From the NCBI GenBank assembly GCA_963693365.1, contig CAVNZM010000001.1:7146907-7210906 (forward strand): 64,000 nt of DNA, read 5' to 3'. The notes under the pieces were generated by a model. The model was not told where the DNA came from, did no database searches, and worked only from the letters and a program-made list of their open reading frames with translations. How positions within the stretch are numbered: the first letter of the stretch is position 1; each line of letters starts with the position of its first letter. This document shows positions 1 through 24,908 of the stretch, in pieces. Made by a program: the position numbers and the translations under genes. Source of the DNA: Amoebidium appalachense (Eukaryota; Protista; Ichthyosporea).

Positions 1-44
<44 letters not shown>

Positions 45-136
45 ATGCACACACACACACACACACATGCACACACGCACACGCACACACACACACAAAT
101 ACACATGCACACACACACACACACACGCACACACAT

Positions 137-12077
<11,941 letters not shown>

Positions 12078-12698
12078 TAATTGTTTATTGGTTAAATAGT
12101 ATATACCTAAGTGTTAAATAGGGGGGTTTTATCATGTGTGTGTGTGTACCAACTAGCCTGTTGAATGTATGTACAGTTAAGTGCGAAGGAAGAACAGTGT
12201 CACTAATTTTGTTTGTACTCTCATGAGGTGTGTTGCACTCCCTCTCTCTCCCTCTCTCCTTTTTTTTTTTCGTTGTAGGGTTTCGTTTGTTGATGTCGAA
12301 TGTTTGTTGTTGAACAGAGCATTTCTTCCCTGCTCTTTCTGTTTCAGTTATGTTTTTTCCCACCCCCTAGCCCCGTGTGAATTTTTGCTTCTTCCGAATG
12401 AACACGTAAATGTTGACACCTCACTTACCCGCATGATCTATCTGGGTAAGCTGGAGGTTTCCGACTATTCTGACGAGTATTCTGTACATTATTGTAACAG
12501 ACACGGCACGAGGCTTTTCGTGAACTATTGGCTTCGTTTTAGAATAGTGGCTTCCTTTTCATGTTTTCTGTATGACGACACACCACCAAGCTGTGTGTCA
12601 CGCGCAAGGGCTGAGGAATTGGTGGTTGGGACTACTGTGTGACGTTCTTTTTTTTTTTTTTTTTTTTTTTGTTGTTGGGGGCAGGGGGCAGGGGGCAA

Positions 12699-12733
<35 letters not shown>

Positions 12734-14216
12734 TACTAAATCACACATCCATATGCTGGATGACATCGACTAATTAATTGTGCCAAATAAATTGGCATAA
12801 CAGAAAAAAACTACTAAAGGGCAGTCACTGTGATGCTGTGTATGTACGGTGCGTAGTTTTAACTGCTTGCCTGTGGTAGTACATGGCACATGCGCGGTTG
12901 TGCATGTACTGAAACTATATGTTTGTATATGAGTGTGTCGACATGCCTCTGTACATGTGTGATAGAGTGTGTGTGTGTGTGTGTGTGTGTCTGTGTGTGT
13001 GTGTGTACGTTATGGGCGGGCATGCGCGTCTGTGTGTGCTCGTGCGTGTGTGTGTGTGCTCGTGTGTGTGTGTGATTGTGCGTGTGGGTGGGTGGGTGGG
13101 TGGGTGGTGTGTACATGAACTGTGCGTGTGTGTGTGGCAAGTTCTAGCTAGGTGGATGTTCGAGGGGACAAGGGGGTGAGCCGGGGGATTTGAAGTGGGT
13201 GAAAAGTCATGAGTGTGCGCTGAAGAAGCCCGACTCTCACTGCAGTGAGAGATTGAAGAGGGCGTAGAGAAGTAGGACGAAAAAAAAGGGGGAGGGGGGG
13301 GGTTAAGCTTCCTTTTGGGAGGACGGGTTCAAATGGCTGCACTATGATGTAGTAAGCATGTAGCATATTATGCATTCAATAACAAGCACATGCACACACA
13401 CCGTTACACCCCTCCCTCCTACCCCCCCCCCCCCCCCCCCCCCCTCTCCCCACACGCACTCACACATGCCCACGAGAGTTCACCCCCGGCCCCCCCCCTT
13501 GGAGTTCTATGCATTCCCCCCTCCCCCCCCCTCCCCCCCCTCCCCTCGCCCACTACCACCACCACCACCACCACCACCACACACACACACGCACACATAT
13601 ATACACACATACCATGCATGACCAACGGTCACTGTGACACCAAGTATTCACCGAGGCACACACTCACTAGCACACACACACGCACACACACGCACACATA
13701 CAAACATACACACACACATACTCTGAGACTCATAAGAAAGCACCCACGCACGCAAATTACACATGCTCATAGTATTACAACGAAACGACAAACGTTCATC
13801 AATAGTATTTCTACCTCATGATAGGTTATTCAACAATGCCCCTGGGCATGGTGTCCTTCGACCTAACTTATGGTCGGGTTTGTTTTAAGAAAAGTCTTCT
13901 ATAACTTAAGTGGATCATCGGCCAATAAAGTGCAATGATCCCGATCATTGAACGATCATTGACCCATGCAGGGACTGTCACATCCTACCCTTTCCCACGC
14001 ATTCTCAGGTACTTTTTGGGCAGACCAATAAGAGCCATTGACCCAGATCGAACATCACACACGGTTTATCTGCACACTTTCTACACGGTACACACACACT
14101 ACATCTAAGCATGGTGTGAGTGTATGTACCAGTCGGGTGTGAGCACAAAACATTTCGAATTGCTATCATACGGTTGCGCCCTCTTCTTTGATCCCTAATC
14201 CGAAACCCCCCCCCCC

Positions 14217-14247
<31 letters not shown>

Positions 14248-14961
14248 ACAGCAACTCCTCCCCCTCCCCCCCCTTCCCCTGTCCGGGACCCACGGCACCA
14301 ATACATTCCATCCCTACCCCTCTCCCTTCCCCCGTTGCGCACCCGAAACAACAAAAGCCCCCCCCCTCTTCCCCCCTCCCCCCCCCCCCCCCCCCTCCCA
14401 TATGACCCCCCTTCATGTTTTCCCGTCACGCCGGCTACAAGCACATTATCCCCCCGCCCATCCCCTCTCCCCCCAACCCACCCCACCCCCCTCCCCCAGC
14501 CCCAACCCTTCCCCAGCCTAATTTCACCGTGACCCCCTCCCCCCCCCTTCCCCCCGCTGCCCCTCCCACAACCTATATTCCATTTGAGACCTCCATTCCA
14601 CCCCATCACTCCCCCTCCCCCCCTTCCCCCCCTCCCCTACCGTTTCCTCCTGTCCCACCATTTATTCACTCAGCCCCCTCCGTCTGCTTTTCCACATCCA
14701 CTCACTTAGATCCCCCCTTCTCCCCTCCTTTCTTCCTACCCTCCCAATCAAACTCTCCCCCCCCCCCCGCCCCTCACACACACACACACATCTCTCCTAC
14801 CCCCATGTGTTTTGGGTGGGGGTAGGGGGGGGATCTACCCACTTTACCACCAAATGCATCTTTGATATTTTAGCCGGCCTCTGTTGTCTGATTGGCGGTA
14901 TTCCGGATGAACCGATGAACACAAACGTGGGGGGGGGGGAAGTGGGCGAAGGCCAGGTGGG

Positions 14962-15032
<71 letters not shown>

Positions 15033-15793
15033 GGAGGGTTCCAAGCTGCCCGTGTTTGATGGGTAACTACACAGCCCGGTAAAACCGTCTCCCCCACCCT
15101 CCAGTCGCTCCAATATATCACCCAAAAGACTCTTTGGACTTTCGATCTCCCCCCCTCCCCCCTCCCCCCCCCCCCCCCCTCCCCACCTCCCCCCCCCCCC
15201 CCCGCCCCCCCAAAAAAACCCCACCATCCACCCACCACTGCCCCCAACCCTCTCGCCCGGTATTCCCTGGTGGTGATTTTTCTAAATATTCGGGCTGGAA
15301 AAATCCGCATTGTAAACTTTCTCAACTTAGAAAAGTTTTTGTTCTAGGAAATATTTTAAGGGGTACCGGGGGGAGGGAGGGGGGAGAGGGGGGAGGGGGC
15401 CGGGGATGGGGGAGAGGGGGGGGACGGAGGGAGGGGGAGGGGGGTTTGAGGCAAAATTTCATTTATACAGGATGGCGTAGTGAAAAATGCACACGTTTCA
15501 TTTTTTGCACCACACGGGCCAATGAAAGCAGGCCGTAGGCATTCCATGCCAAATGGGCAAACATATGCCAATTGCAAAAGACCGTTACCATAAAAGGATT
15601 TATGGCGATCCAGCTTTGAAAATGTAAGATGTATAACTGTCCATTAGCAATCCTCCATTGGCGATATTGAAAACCAACCCAACGTATAGGTAGGCTAATA
15701 TGGTCCTCAAATAGCCCAAGAAATCACCGTTAGGCATGGTTCGCCTCAGAGTCGGCCCAAGAAATGCACTAAACATAGACTCATTTTCTATAT

Positions 15794-16126
15794 TTAGGCG
15801 TAATTGTCAATTTCTTTTGTGCTAACGGGCCAATGGCAGCCCTGACCCGGGGGCAAAACCCACGCGGTGATTCCTGCGATTGAAATAGACCACCTGGCCA
15901 CGGAACACTGGGTCACCCATGATGGTGGTGTTGAGCTGTTCCAGGAGAGAGAGGTCCCCTGATCCGATTAGGTTTAGCAATGGACCGATTGAGATTGTAA
16001 TTTGGTATTCTTCGTAGGAGGACTAAAATGTATAATGGGTGATTGTCATGGGGAAAAAAAAAAGAGGGGTAGTGGGGAGCGCCCCCCGGGGGGGGGGGGG
16101 GGGGGGAGGAGGGGGAGGAGGGGGAA

Positions 16127-16213
<87 letters not shown>

Positions 16214-16289
16214 ACAGAATGTAGCACAGAGTGCAAAGCACACAATCATAACGACGATGCCATAATCATGGACAACACCATGCAGATTT

Positions 16290-16329
<40 letters not shown>

Positions 16330-16775
16330 CGGGGCGGGATGGGAGTGAAAGAGGGGAGGGGGGGGGGGGGGGGGGCAATCATGCTGGATGGCCCACTAAT
16401 TTATCTCACAGCCGCCTTCCCCTCCCCCCCTTGAGTGGCTCAAGGGGAAGGGGCTCTAGGGTGGCGTGGGTGGGCGGGTTGTGTGGTGTTTTTTTTTTTT
16501 TTCCGGGAGGGGGGATGGGGGGGGGGGGGGGGGGGGGGGGGGGGTGCGGAGGGGGGGGGAGGGGGGGGGGGGGATGGGGGGGAGGCTTCACTCACCTGGA
16601 TTGCGTTCTGCTTGAGGCCATCCGGTGTGAGCTGGAAGAGAACTTTGGACTCCACCTCCACGGCAACGTTACCTCCAAAGTGCACAGCCAATCCCTGGAA
16701 GGCAGGTGATACCTTGGCACCGGGTATGACGGCCTTCTTGTGCCAGAAGTTGTAAATCTCACCAGATGAAAGGCC

Positions 16776-16831
<56 letters not shown>

Positions 16832-17939
16832 ATACGTATATGTGTGTGTGTGTGTGGGGGGGGGGGGGTGTTAAAGGAGAGTCGGAGGCCGGGGGGGGGG
16901 GGGGGGGGGGAGAAGGAGGTTGGTGGTTTGGAGGTGAAATGACGGGGTGAAAATGGAGTTAACGGGTAAAGGCTACTGGGTTGATAGGTAGATATGTGAG
17001 GCAATGTGTGTATGTACGTGTACGTGTGTGTTTGGGTAGGAGGGGGGTGGGTGGGGAGCGGGGGGAGGGAGGGGGGGGGGCGTTGGGGGCGGTGCATTGG
17101 TGGGGGTGGTGAGGGAAAAAGGGACGGAGCAGATGGGTATGCAAGGTGGGGGGAAATGTCGTACTTGCTGTGTGCCTTTGCACAAAAAAGGAAAAGAAGT
17201 TGGGGTTTGACTCGGGGGAAGGGGGGAGGAGGGGAGGGGAGGACGGAGGGGGTAGGGGAGAGAGAGAGGGGGGAGGGGGGGAAGGGGTAGGTGGATACAG
17301 CGTTAACACGATACAAGTTTTTCTTCTTGTTGATATGTGTGGGTTTTGCTGCGTGCGCCTTGTGTGTGTGTGTTATAACGTGACCCACATTCCATATTTA
17401 ACTCCGTTAACTCGTGGTGTTGTTTTGGCTGTAACGGTAGTCAAATGAACTTTTATGCGTATGCGGGTATACGGTACTACATGTTTTGAACTGGGGCAGA
17501 CTCCAAGGAAAGGGGGGAATGGGGAGCAGGGAGGGGATGGTGGTGGTGGTGGTGGTTGGGTGGGGGGTGGGGGGAGGGACGGGAAGGGAGGAAAGGGGCG
17601 GAGGGAGGGAAGGGTAGTTGACGGAGAAGGGGGGGAGGGGGAGGAGGGGGGGGGGGGGGAGGGAGAAGATGACCAAGGTAGAATTTGTCCGGAGAAAGGC
17701 CAGGGGTTGGGTGGGGATATATGGGTGAAAGTTCAAAGCTGGATTAAAAGAGCAGACCAATTGGGGGGCACCGGGAACTTCAGAATCCGTCCGAAAGCCG
17801 CCGACAAGTAGGGGGCCGTGTGTGTGTGTGTGGTGGTGATGAAGGTGGTGGTGGTGGGAGGTGGGGGGAGGGGGTGGGGTGGGGGGGGGGGGGGGGGGGG
17901 GGAAGTAGTAGGACGGGAGCGGGGACGTGCAGAGAGTCA

Positions 17940-17971
<32 letters not shown>

Positions 17972-18164
17972 GCTTGGTGTAGGGCATTGTTTTTAGGAAT
18001 TTCACTCTGCCTCCCTCCCCCCCCCCCCCCCCCCCCCACACCCCCCACCCCCCATCCTCCCCCAAAAAAGATGGGGAGGGGGGGGAAATGCCTGGACGGT
18101 AGGGGCGAGAGGGGGGGGGGGGGGGGGGGGAGGGGGCACGTATTATCATTCACTCTCGTATGTG

Positions 18165-18206
<42 letters not shown>

Positions 18207-19960
18207 CGGGAGGAAGGGGGGGAGAGGGGGGAGGGGAGGGGGAAGAAAGGCAATAGGATGGGAGCAGGGTGCGCAGAGGGTTGGGGGCGGCAGGGAGGGG
18301 GGGGGGGGGGGAGGGGGGGAGGGGAAGGTACCGACGGAGGATGTGTGTGTGTGTGTGTGTGGAGGTGGGGAGGGGGCCTGGAGGGGGGCACGGGAAAAGG
18401 CATTTCAGTCACCTTCAGGGAAATCGACCGCATTAGCTTCTCTCAGAGCCTCAATATTGCCTTTCAGTTCCTGCTCGTGTTCATGTACATGCTTGTAGTG
18501 CCCGAATCAACAACGGCGGGTCAGCCCTCTCAGGTATATAAAGGCTTTCGTTTTTTCTTTTTGTGGACTTCACTTTTATTTCGATCTCTTAGCTGTCACG
18601 TCAACTTTGTTTCCCGATTCTTCACCATGGCAGGTATATAAAGGCTTTCGTTTTTTCTTTTTGTGGTGGGAAGGGGTCCCACTCAGGGGAACGGTGTGTG
18701 TGTAGTGCGGCCCTGTCTATTCCTACTGCTGTGAGAGTGTGGGGACATCTCCCTTCCGCGGAGTTTCTCGCTTGAGGGGTGGTTTCTTCGACATCTGGTG
18801 GCCCACTGCAACTTACGGTGACTTCTACACGCTATCTACGCTTCTACGCGAGCTATTGGCGGTGGGCTGCTGCAACTTCTTAACTTCTTCAACTGCTTCT
18901 GCGCTGCGTGAGTGGAGGGGTAGCTACTGGGTCGTCGAGGAGCTTTCCTTGTGGCTGCCGTGTTTTCAGCCTTCAGCAGTATGGCAATGACTGGGTTTGC
19001 TTGCATGCATTCTGTAGTTGTGTTTTCCTATGTGTCCTGCCACAACTAGGCCACCTTATCAAAGAGTTAGAGCTCAGCTTCTGCGTTTTCTAGGGGACGG
19101 GCCTGTGGGCATTGTTTTCTCGCTCGGATTTGGTCTGCATTGCTCTTGAAAGGGCTGACTTGCTTGCTGTGCCCCGGTAGGTTTTGAGGGGGGCCTGTTG
19201 GTGGGCAGCAGTAATGATGTCTTCTTGCGGAGTGTGGCCTGGTCATCATCGCTACATATGACTAGTTGGAGCAAACTAGTTTCTGGTGTCCTTTGGTCAC
19301 TTGTTGTTTATTTTCTATTTCATCGCTGTGGCTCTTTCGAAGTCGGTTATTTTGATGGTCATGTAGCCTGTGGCTGCACGTTGCCTTCATATCCACTGGA
19401 CCACTGATCAATAAATCCCAGTCAAGAAAAAGAAAAATAACATGTATCTTCTATCCAAAGTCCGGTATATCCCTCGAGTTTTTTCTTTATTCCGGGATAT
19501 CTGCGATATCTCGCCTCTCTATTATCCATGAGCACATCAATATAAAGTCATTATTAAAAAAAAAAAAAAATTCACCATCTTGCCATTTATGGAAATACTC
19601 TCCAGTTTCAGCGAATAGTATGCCTTGGTTGGAGGGGTGAGCGAAGGTGGCTTGCTGGAGCCCACCTAAATAAGGAAATGAAATGCAACCATATTAGGAA
19701 GAACCACCACCAATCAAATGCAAGACCTGCGAGCCAATTGCGCAATAGGGACATGTTAACGGCGCTTGCCCAAATGTGGAAATAGGATTAGCAACTGAAA
19801 TGAGATCTGAGATCTAACATCAAGAATCAAATAGTGTGTTGTGTGGGTATTTTGGTTATGGGACCAAAAGCGCTGTGCGCATATGCACCAAGCTGGTGCG
19901 GGTGTGCCCATCCACCAACCAGATCGCCGGGTCCGGATTGTCACTATGCCGCAGTGGGGC
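15794..19960 (-). pseudogene. A1-family (pepsin-fold, BACE-like) aspartic protease, C-terminal lobe, disrupted or poorly assembled
   Basis: Colinear fragments: ~19960-19896 (GDLVGG, weak), 19665-19571 ([18 protein letters not shown]), 18530-18413 (AVVDSGTTSMYMN / EQELKGNIEALREANAVDFPEG), 16774-16596 (LSSGEIYNFW..FQGLAVHFGG..), 16022-15794 (TTIMGDPVFRGQVVYFNRRNHRVGFAPG). Several frameshifts, a 1 kb insertion, and no first DTG motif found. Confidence 0.75.
18535..19570. mobile_element. ~1.04 kb insertion within a protease exon, with A15 at the right end and a 36-bp direct repeat pair at the left end
   Basis: Removing it rejoins the minus-strand sequence as aag atg gtg aac ctg aga ggg ctg acc (KMVNLRGLT), just before AVVDSG. 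caggtatataaaggctttcgttttttctttttgtgg occurs at 18531-18566 and 18631-18666. Confidence 0.6.
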
Positions 19961-20399
19961 TGGGTGACAGGGGTGGGTGGGTGGGTGGGTGGTGGTGGGG
20001 GAGAGGGAGGGAGGGAGGGGGGGGGGGGGGGGGGGGTGGGGGGGGGGGGGAATGGAAACCTTTCTGATAACAAACCCTAAGGCCGAGAAACCTCAAATTT
20101 CTAGACCCTACAATCAATTCACCTGTTATGCATAGCTTATGAGCTTATGTTATGGATATTATAAGCGAGTGACCCCTGTATGTGCCTATAGGAGAAATTT
20201 CTTTACTCTTGCAGGTCTTAGGTGTCCTTTGTAATTACCTTGGGCAGAGGGCTGGTTAAACGGCATTGCAGACTTTGACATTCAAGTTGATAGAAATGCC
20301 TTGCAATCGCAAGTGAGTTGTCGGTTCCCAAGTTGAATAGACACAAAGATTGCTGGCCGTGGAAGGGAGGATGTGTGTGTATGTGTGTTATTGCATCCA

Positions 20400-20452
<53 letters not shown>

Positions 20453-20724
20453 ACGCACACAATATAACGAAAAGCAAAATAAAACCCAAAAGCAATGCAC
20501 CGGCAGGTGACAGTCAGAACAAGGCAACAAACAAGGCACAACCAAATTTCATTTTTTCGCTGCCACATACAGACAGCACATTTATTTCCAACCCTGCTTT
20601 TCACACTACACACATCCTCGCCGGCGAGGAGCACTTATGGCACCACTCTAGTCACGTGACAACCACGTGTCCAGGCGGTTTCCATGGCAAAGGGCGGGAA
20701 ATGTGCGGGATACCCAGTGGGTGT

Positions 20725-21526
20725 TTACTTGGCGCTGGAATCGAGGTAAGCAACGTACTTGTCCATGTCGAAGCCGGGGGCATCTGGGTCATCAACCACT
20801 GTAGGGGAATAGACATCAGAAAAAGGCTGCGATTATCTGCGGTGTAAATCTGGTGGCACACATCAGACATCGCCCACGTTCACGTGATAATCCCACACAA
20901 TCCCCCCCCCCCCCCCCCCCTCCCCCCCCCCCCCCCCCCCGCCGGGCGGCGGGGTAGGACCACGCAAAGGCAATCATGGACCTCTGTTTTTCAAAGCTCT
21001 GCATACTTGTGTATGTGGAGCGTGTGGATAGGTGTATTGTGTGTGTGCGCGCGGAAGAGTGTGCAGGCACACACACCAGTGTGCATGTGTGAGTGTGTGT
21101 GGGCGCGCACACACACACATCCTCAGATGCATGCGTTGCGTGTCATGTATTGAACAGCCCGTGACGTGTCCATACCTGCCTTCCCCAATCACACACCTGC
21201 ATAAACCATAGGCAATGAATCCCCCCCCCCCCCCCCCCCCACCACCACCACGTCCACCACCACCACCACACTCACTCGCACATCACTACCACCACCAACG
21301 CCTAAGTAAGCAAATAAAGAAGAGGACAGGCAGGCGGGTGAATGATAGTGTGTCCGTGACTGGCATGTCTGGTCTGTGTCCGCATTCACACGCGCATGAC
21401 TGTAATAGTAAGCGCGTGCCCGTCTGTGTGCGTGTGCGTGTGCGTGCGTGCTTGTGTGTGTGTGTGTGTGTGTGTGTAAATGTGCATGTGTGAGCACGTG
21501 TGTTTACCCGCGTGTGCACAAGTGTT

Positions 21527-21586
<60 letters not shown>

Positions 21587-22961
21587 GTGCATCCCCGTAT
21601 GAATGAAGTCCGTGTGTTTGTTTGAGTGTTAGTGTCTGTGCACACGCGAGTGTGCATGTGCACGATCATGTGCAAAACGTGCGCGTGCATGAGCATGTGC
21701 ATCTGCATGTGTGTCCTTGGGTGCGTGCATATGTAAGTGTGTGCACATATATGTGTATATGCAACCACTAACCGCCCTTTGCAGCCGATGCGGCGGCCAC
21801 CAGAGCCTGGTACTCGGCCTCCTTCTGGCGCTGGGCCTCGTGCTTCCTGTGCTCGTACTGCAGCCGGCTCTCCTCGATCTTCGCCACCTTGCGGTTGTGG
21901 AAGAACCCGTACACAACACCCCCGGCGAGCGCACCCCAGCGCGACCACTGTCAATATATCTATATATTAGTGGAATAGTGGAACTTCTGATTCCTCCCAT
22001 ACCGGTGTTGATTCCCATAAAAAAGATAAACACGGTTTGATGAATTGAACACGGGCAGAGACGGTGACGCAGGTCCTAGTGTGTAACTTCATGTAAAATA
22101 GATATGTAAGGAAGGGTTGGGTTTAGTTAGCTTTAATCGGTGAAGGTGGTAACACCAATAAAGCAAAACAGTATGACACAAATATTCAGGAGTGAGAGAT
22201 CAATGCAAACAGAAGGAGATACAGGTATGAAAGGGGCATATACGAAGGGAAGAATTGATGCATGCAAACGTAAGGGGATAAGGAAGTAAAACAAAGTAAG
22301 ACGTGCCCATGTCAATACGAAGAAGAGGGATGAGAGTATGAGAACATGTATAAGAGGGGCGAAGAAGACTAGCAACATGCATGCAAGCATAATGTACAAG
22401 AAGGAGGATACAGATCGAAACAACACACATTCAAAGGCACAACAACCCCTTCCTCGTTACAAAGGCCGCCACGTGGACGGACAGACACGAAAAATCAGTA
22501 AGCATGACATAAAGATCAAACATCCAGCCACAAGCGTCAGATGTATCCCTCCCCCCTCCCCCTCCCCCTCCCCCACACACCCACCAACAAAAAAGGAGCG
22601 AAAAAAAAAACATTCAAAAACATCAGACACCCCCCCCCCCCCCTCTCTCCAACAAGGGGGGAGGGGGGGGAGGGGGGAGAAGGATGGTACACAGCAACAT
22701 TTCTTCTGTCATTCTCTAAGAACACATATCTCCTCCCCCTCCCTCTTCCCCATCCTCCTCCTCCTGGAAGCCCTACCTCGGCGCTATTCTTCTGCCCACT
22801 ATCTTCTCACACCCGAACCCCCCCCCCCCCCCCTGCCATAACACCAAATTGTGGCAGACCAAAACAACATATAACATGGTGGGTGTTGATGCAGGAAAAG
22901 GCAGACAAGGGAGGGGGGGGGGGGGGGGGGGGGGAGAGAGAGAGAGAGAGAGAGGAGAGAC

Positions 22962-23038
<77 letters not shown>

Positions 23039-23570
23039 TAGGGATGGAGAGAGGGAGGGGGGGGAGAGAGGGAATAAGGTAGCAAGACATGAGAAAGCAG
23101 AGCGACAGGGAGAGAGGGGGGGGGGGGGGGGGGGGGGGGAGAAATATATACAATGAAACCGTCTATTCTCCCCTCCCTCCCCCCCCCCCCTCCCTCTTGG
23201 GCGCACCCCTGAGCTCCAAGTCCGAAAAAAGAATGTCCCCCCCCCCCCCCCCACCACCACCAAAAAAAAAAAAAAAAAAAAAAAAAACCCTCCACCCGTG
23301 GCCCCAAGGAAAAGCCAAAATACCAATTCACACATTTCTACTACTCCCTTGCACAGGAAAAAAAAAGCCCCTCTCCCCCCAAAAGAAAACGGGTGAAAAG
23401 TGAGAAAAGAAAACAACAGCCATAAAATGTTCACTATTAGTCTATGTAAGAGTGGTTCTGTGCTATTTTCATGTAGGGGTGGAAAATATGAGAAGGAACA
23501 AAATGAAGCAGCCCGACAAAAGGGGTAGAGGACGTACCCTGAGCAAGGGAGATACCGTAGCCGATGCCAT
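20725..23570 (-). CDS. ATP5ME: Mitochondrial ATP synthase subunit e (ATP5ME/Tim11 family), 93 aa
   Basis: Exons 23570-23538, 21947-21773, 20798-20725: [93 protein letters not shown]; N-terminal TM helix with GxxxG followed by a coiled coil. An acceptor before 23599 implies a 5'UTR intron. Confidence 0.88.
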
Positions 23571-24908
23571 CTTAACGGGTCAAAGGGCCAAATGGGTGGC
23601 TGCAAAGTGTACGTGTACGTGTGTGTGTGTGTGTGTGTGTGCATGTGTGTGTGTCTGTGTGTGTGTGCGCGCGCGTGCCAGTGCGAGTGCGTTAAAGTGT
23701 GTGAGTTGAGCGAGTGAGTGAGCGAATGAGTATGCGCGTGTGCGCGCCAAGTGTTTGTGTGTTTATGGTAGCGCATGTGCGTGTGTCAGCAAAAGTATGC
23801 TTGTGTGCCTGCATCTCTTTCTTTTTCATGCAGTGTGTGTGTCGGCGACTTTTCCTAATTAATGTGGAAGCATGCTATGCGTACGCTCATGTGTGCAACA
23901 GTCTTATCCAACGGTGGGGCATGTGTGCGCGTGCAAACCAGTTGCGCTAGTACACACACGCGTGCGTGCGTGGCTGTGCTTGTATGTATGCGTGCGAGAA
24001 AAATTCGCGTCTGTGGGCAAGTGCATGTCTATGTGCGCGTGTGATCGTGAGTACTTGTATGAACAAGGAAATTGGAGTGAGCAAAACGTGCGTGTCGTCG
24101 CGTCCACACCAGTTGTAGATGTACGCCAAAAAAACCCAGGCAAGCTTTTAGCTCTGCCGAGTAATTATTCGCAGAGCATCCTAGCCCAGTGAGAGACGAC
24201 AAAACGTCTGGTCGTTTACGACTGCTACCCCCTAGCTTGCTTCCTTGCCACTTCTATTGCAAGTGTAACAGTTGCTAGTATAACTACGTCAAAACTTTTT
24301 ACTTTCGCCTGAGTAAACTTGTTATGAAGAAGCCCAAAACGGGTCAAACCGTTGCATACGGTGTCCCCTTGTTCACTTCCATCCACTCCCCAAACCTTAT
24401 GAAACTACTTCGAACGAGATGACTCGATCGAACCCGGAAAAAAAAACATTAAAATACGTATCAAAGCTGGCTCTGCTACATAGAAATCCTCACTTCGACA
24501 ACACCGACCTTTTCCTTGTATATTAGTGGCCAAAGCTGGGTCGCTGACTTCTTGGAAAACACAGTTTCGATTTGAAGGGCCAGCGCACGGCCGGCCCGGG
24601 CGGCGGCGCTGCGGCGGCGAGCCATGCGGCCCATTCCTTTGGACTTGGTCAGGCTTGCGCAAGATTCGAGGCTGTTGCCATTTTTGGAAGATAGTAAAGC
24701 GCTTTTTGATTGGTGTATTTTGGCGGTCATTCAAATTTTTGCGGGCGGCAGCAAGGCTCCTGTTCGGAACAAACGGGAATTTTGGAAACGGTCGCAAAAC
24801 GAGAAAAATTACAAGAAGGAATTGTTTGTGTATCGTTTGTGGCATCGGCGCAATTTTGGTGTGAATCCGTGACCATCCACCCGTTATACTAGCACGTAGA
24901 CCTTTAAG

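Noticed and set aside
13220-13270. Hammerhead-like CTGAAGA-GCCC..GGGC around an 18-bp palindrome (13234-13251)
   Set aside because: The required GAAA is replaced by GTAG, and stems I and III cannot be built.
13836-13965. Cluster of short hairpins resembling a structured ncRNA
   Set aside because: Stems are only 5-8 bp and no snRNA or snoRNA boxes are recognisable.
17690-17815. Minus-strand GPLLVGGFRTD peptide resembling an aspartic protease motif
   Set aside because: It is out of order relative to the DSG exon, lacks a clean acceptor, and the flanking exons join in frame without it.
18460-18530. In-frame TGA codons near the protease DSG motif as evidence of codon reassignment
   Set aside because: They coincide with single-base frameshifts, and the five intact gene models read through without internal TGA.
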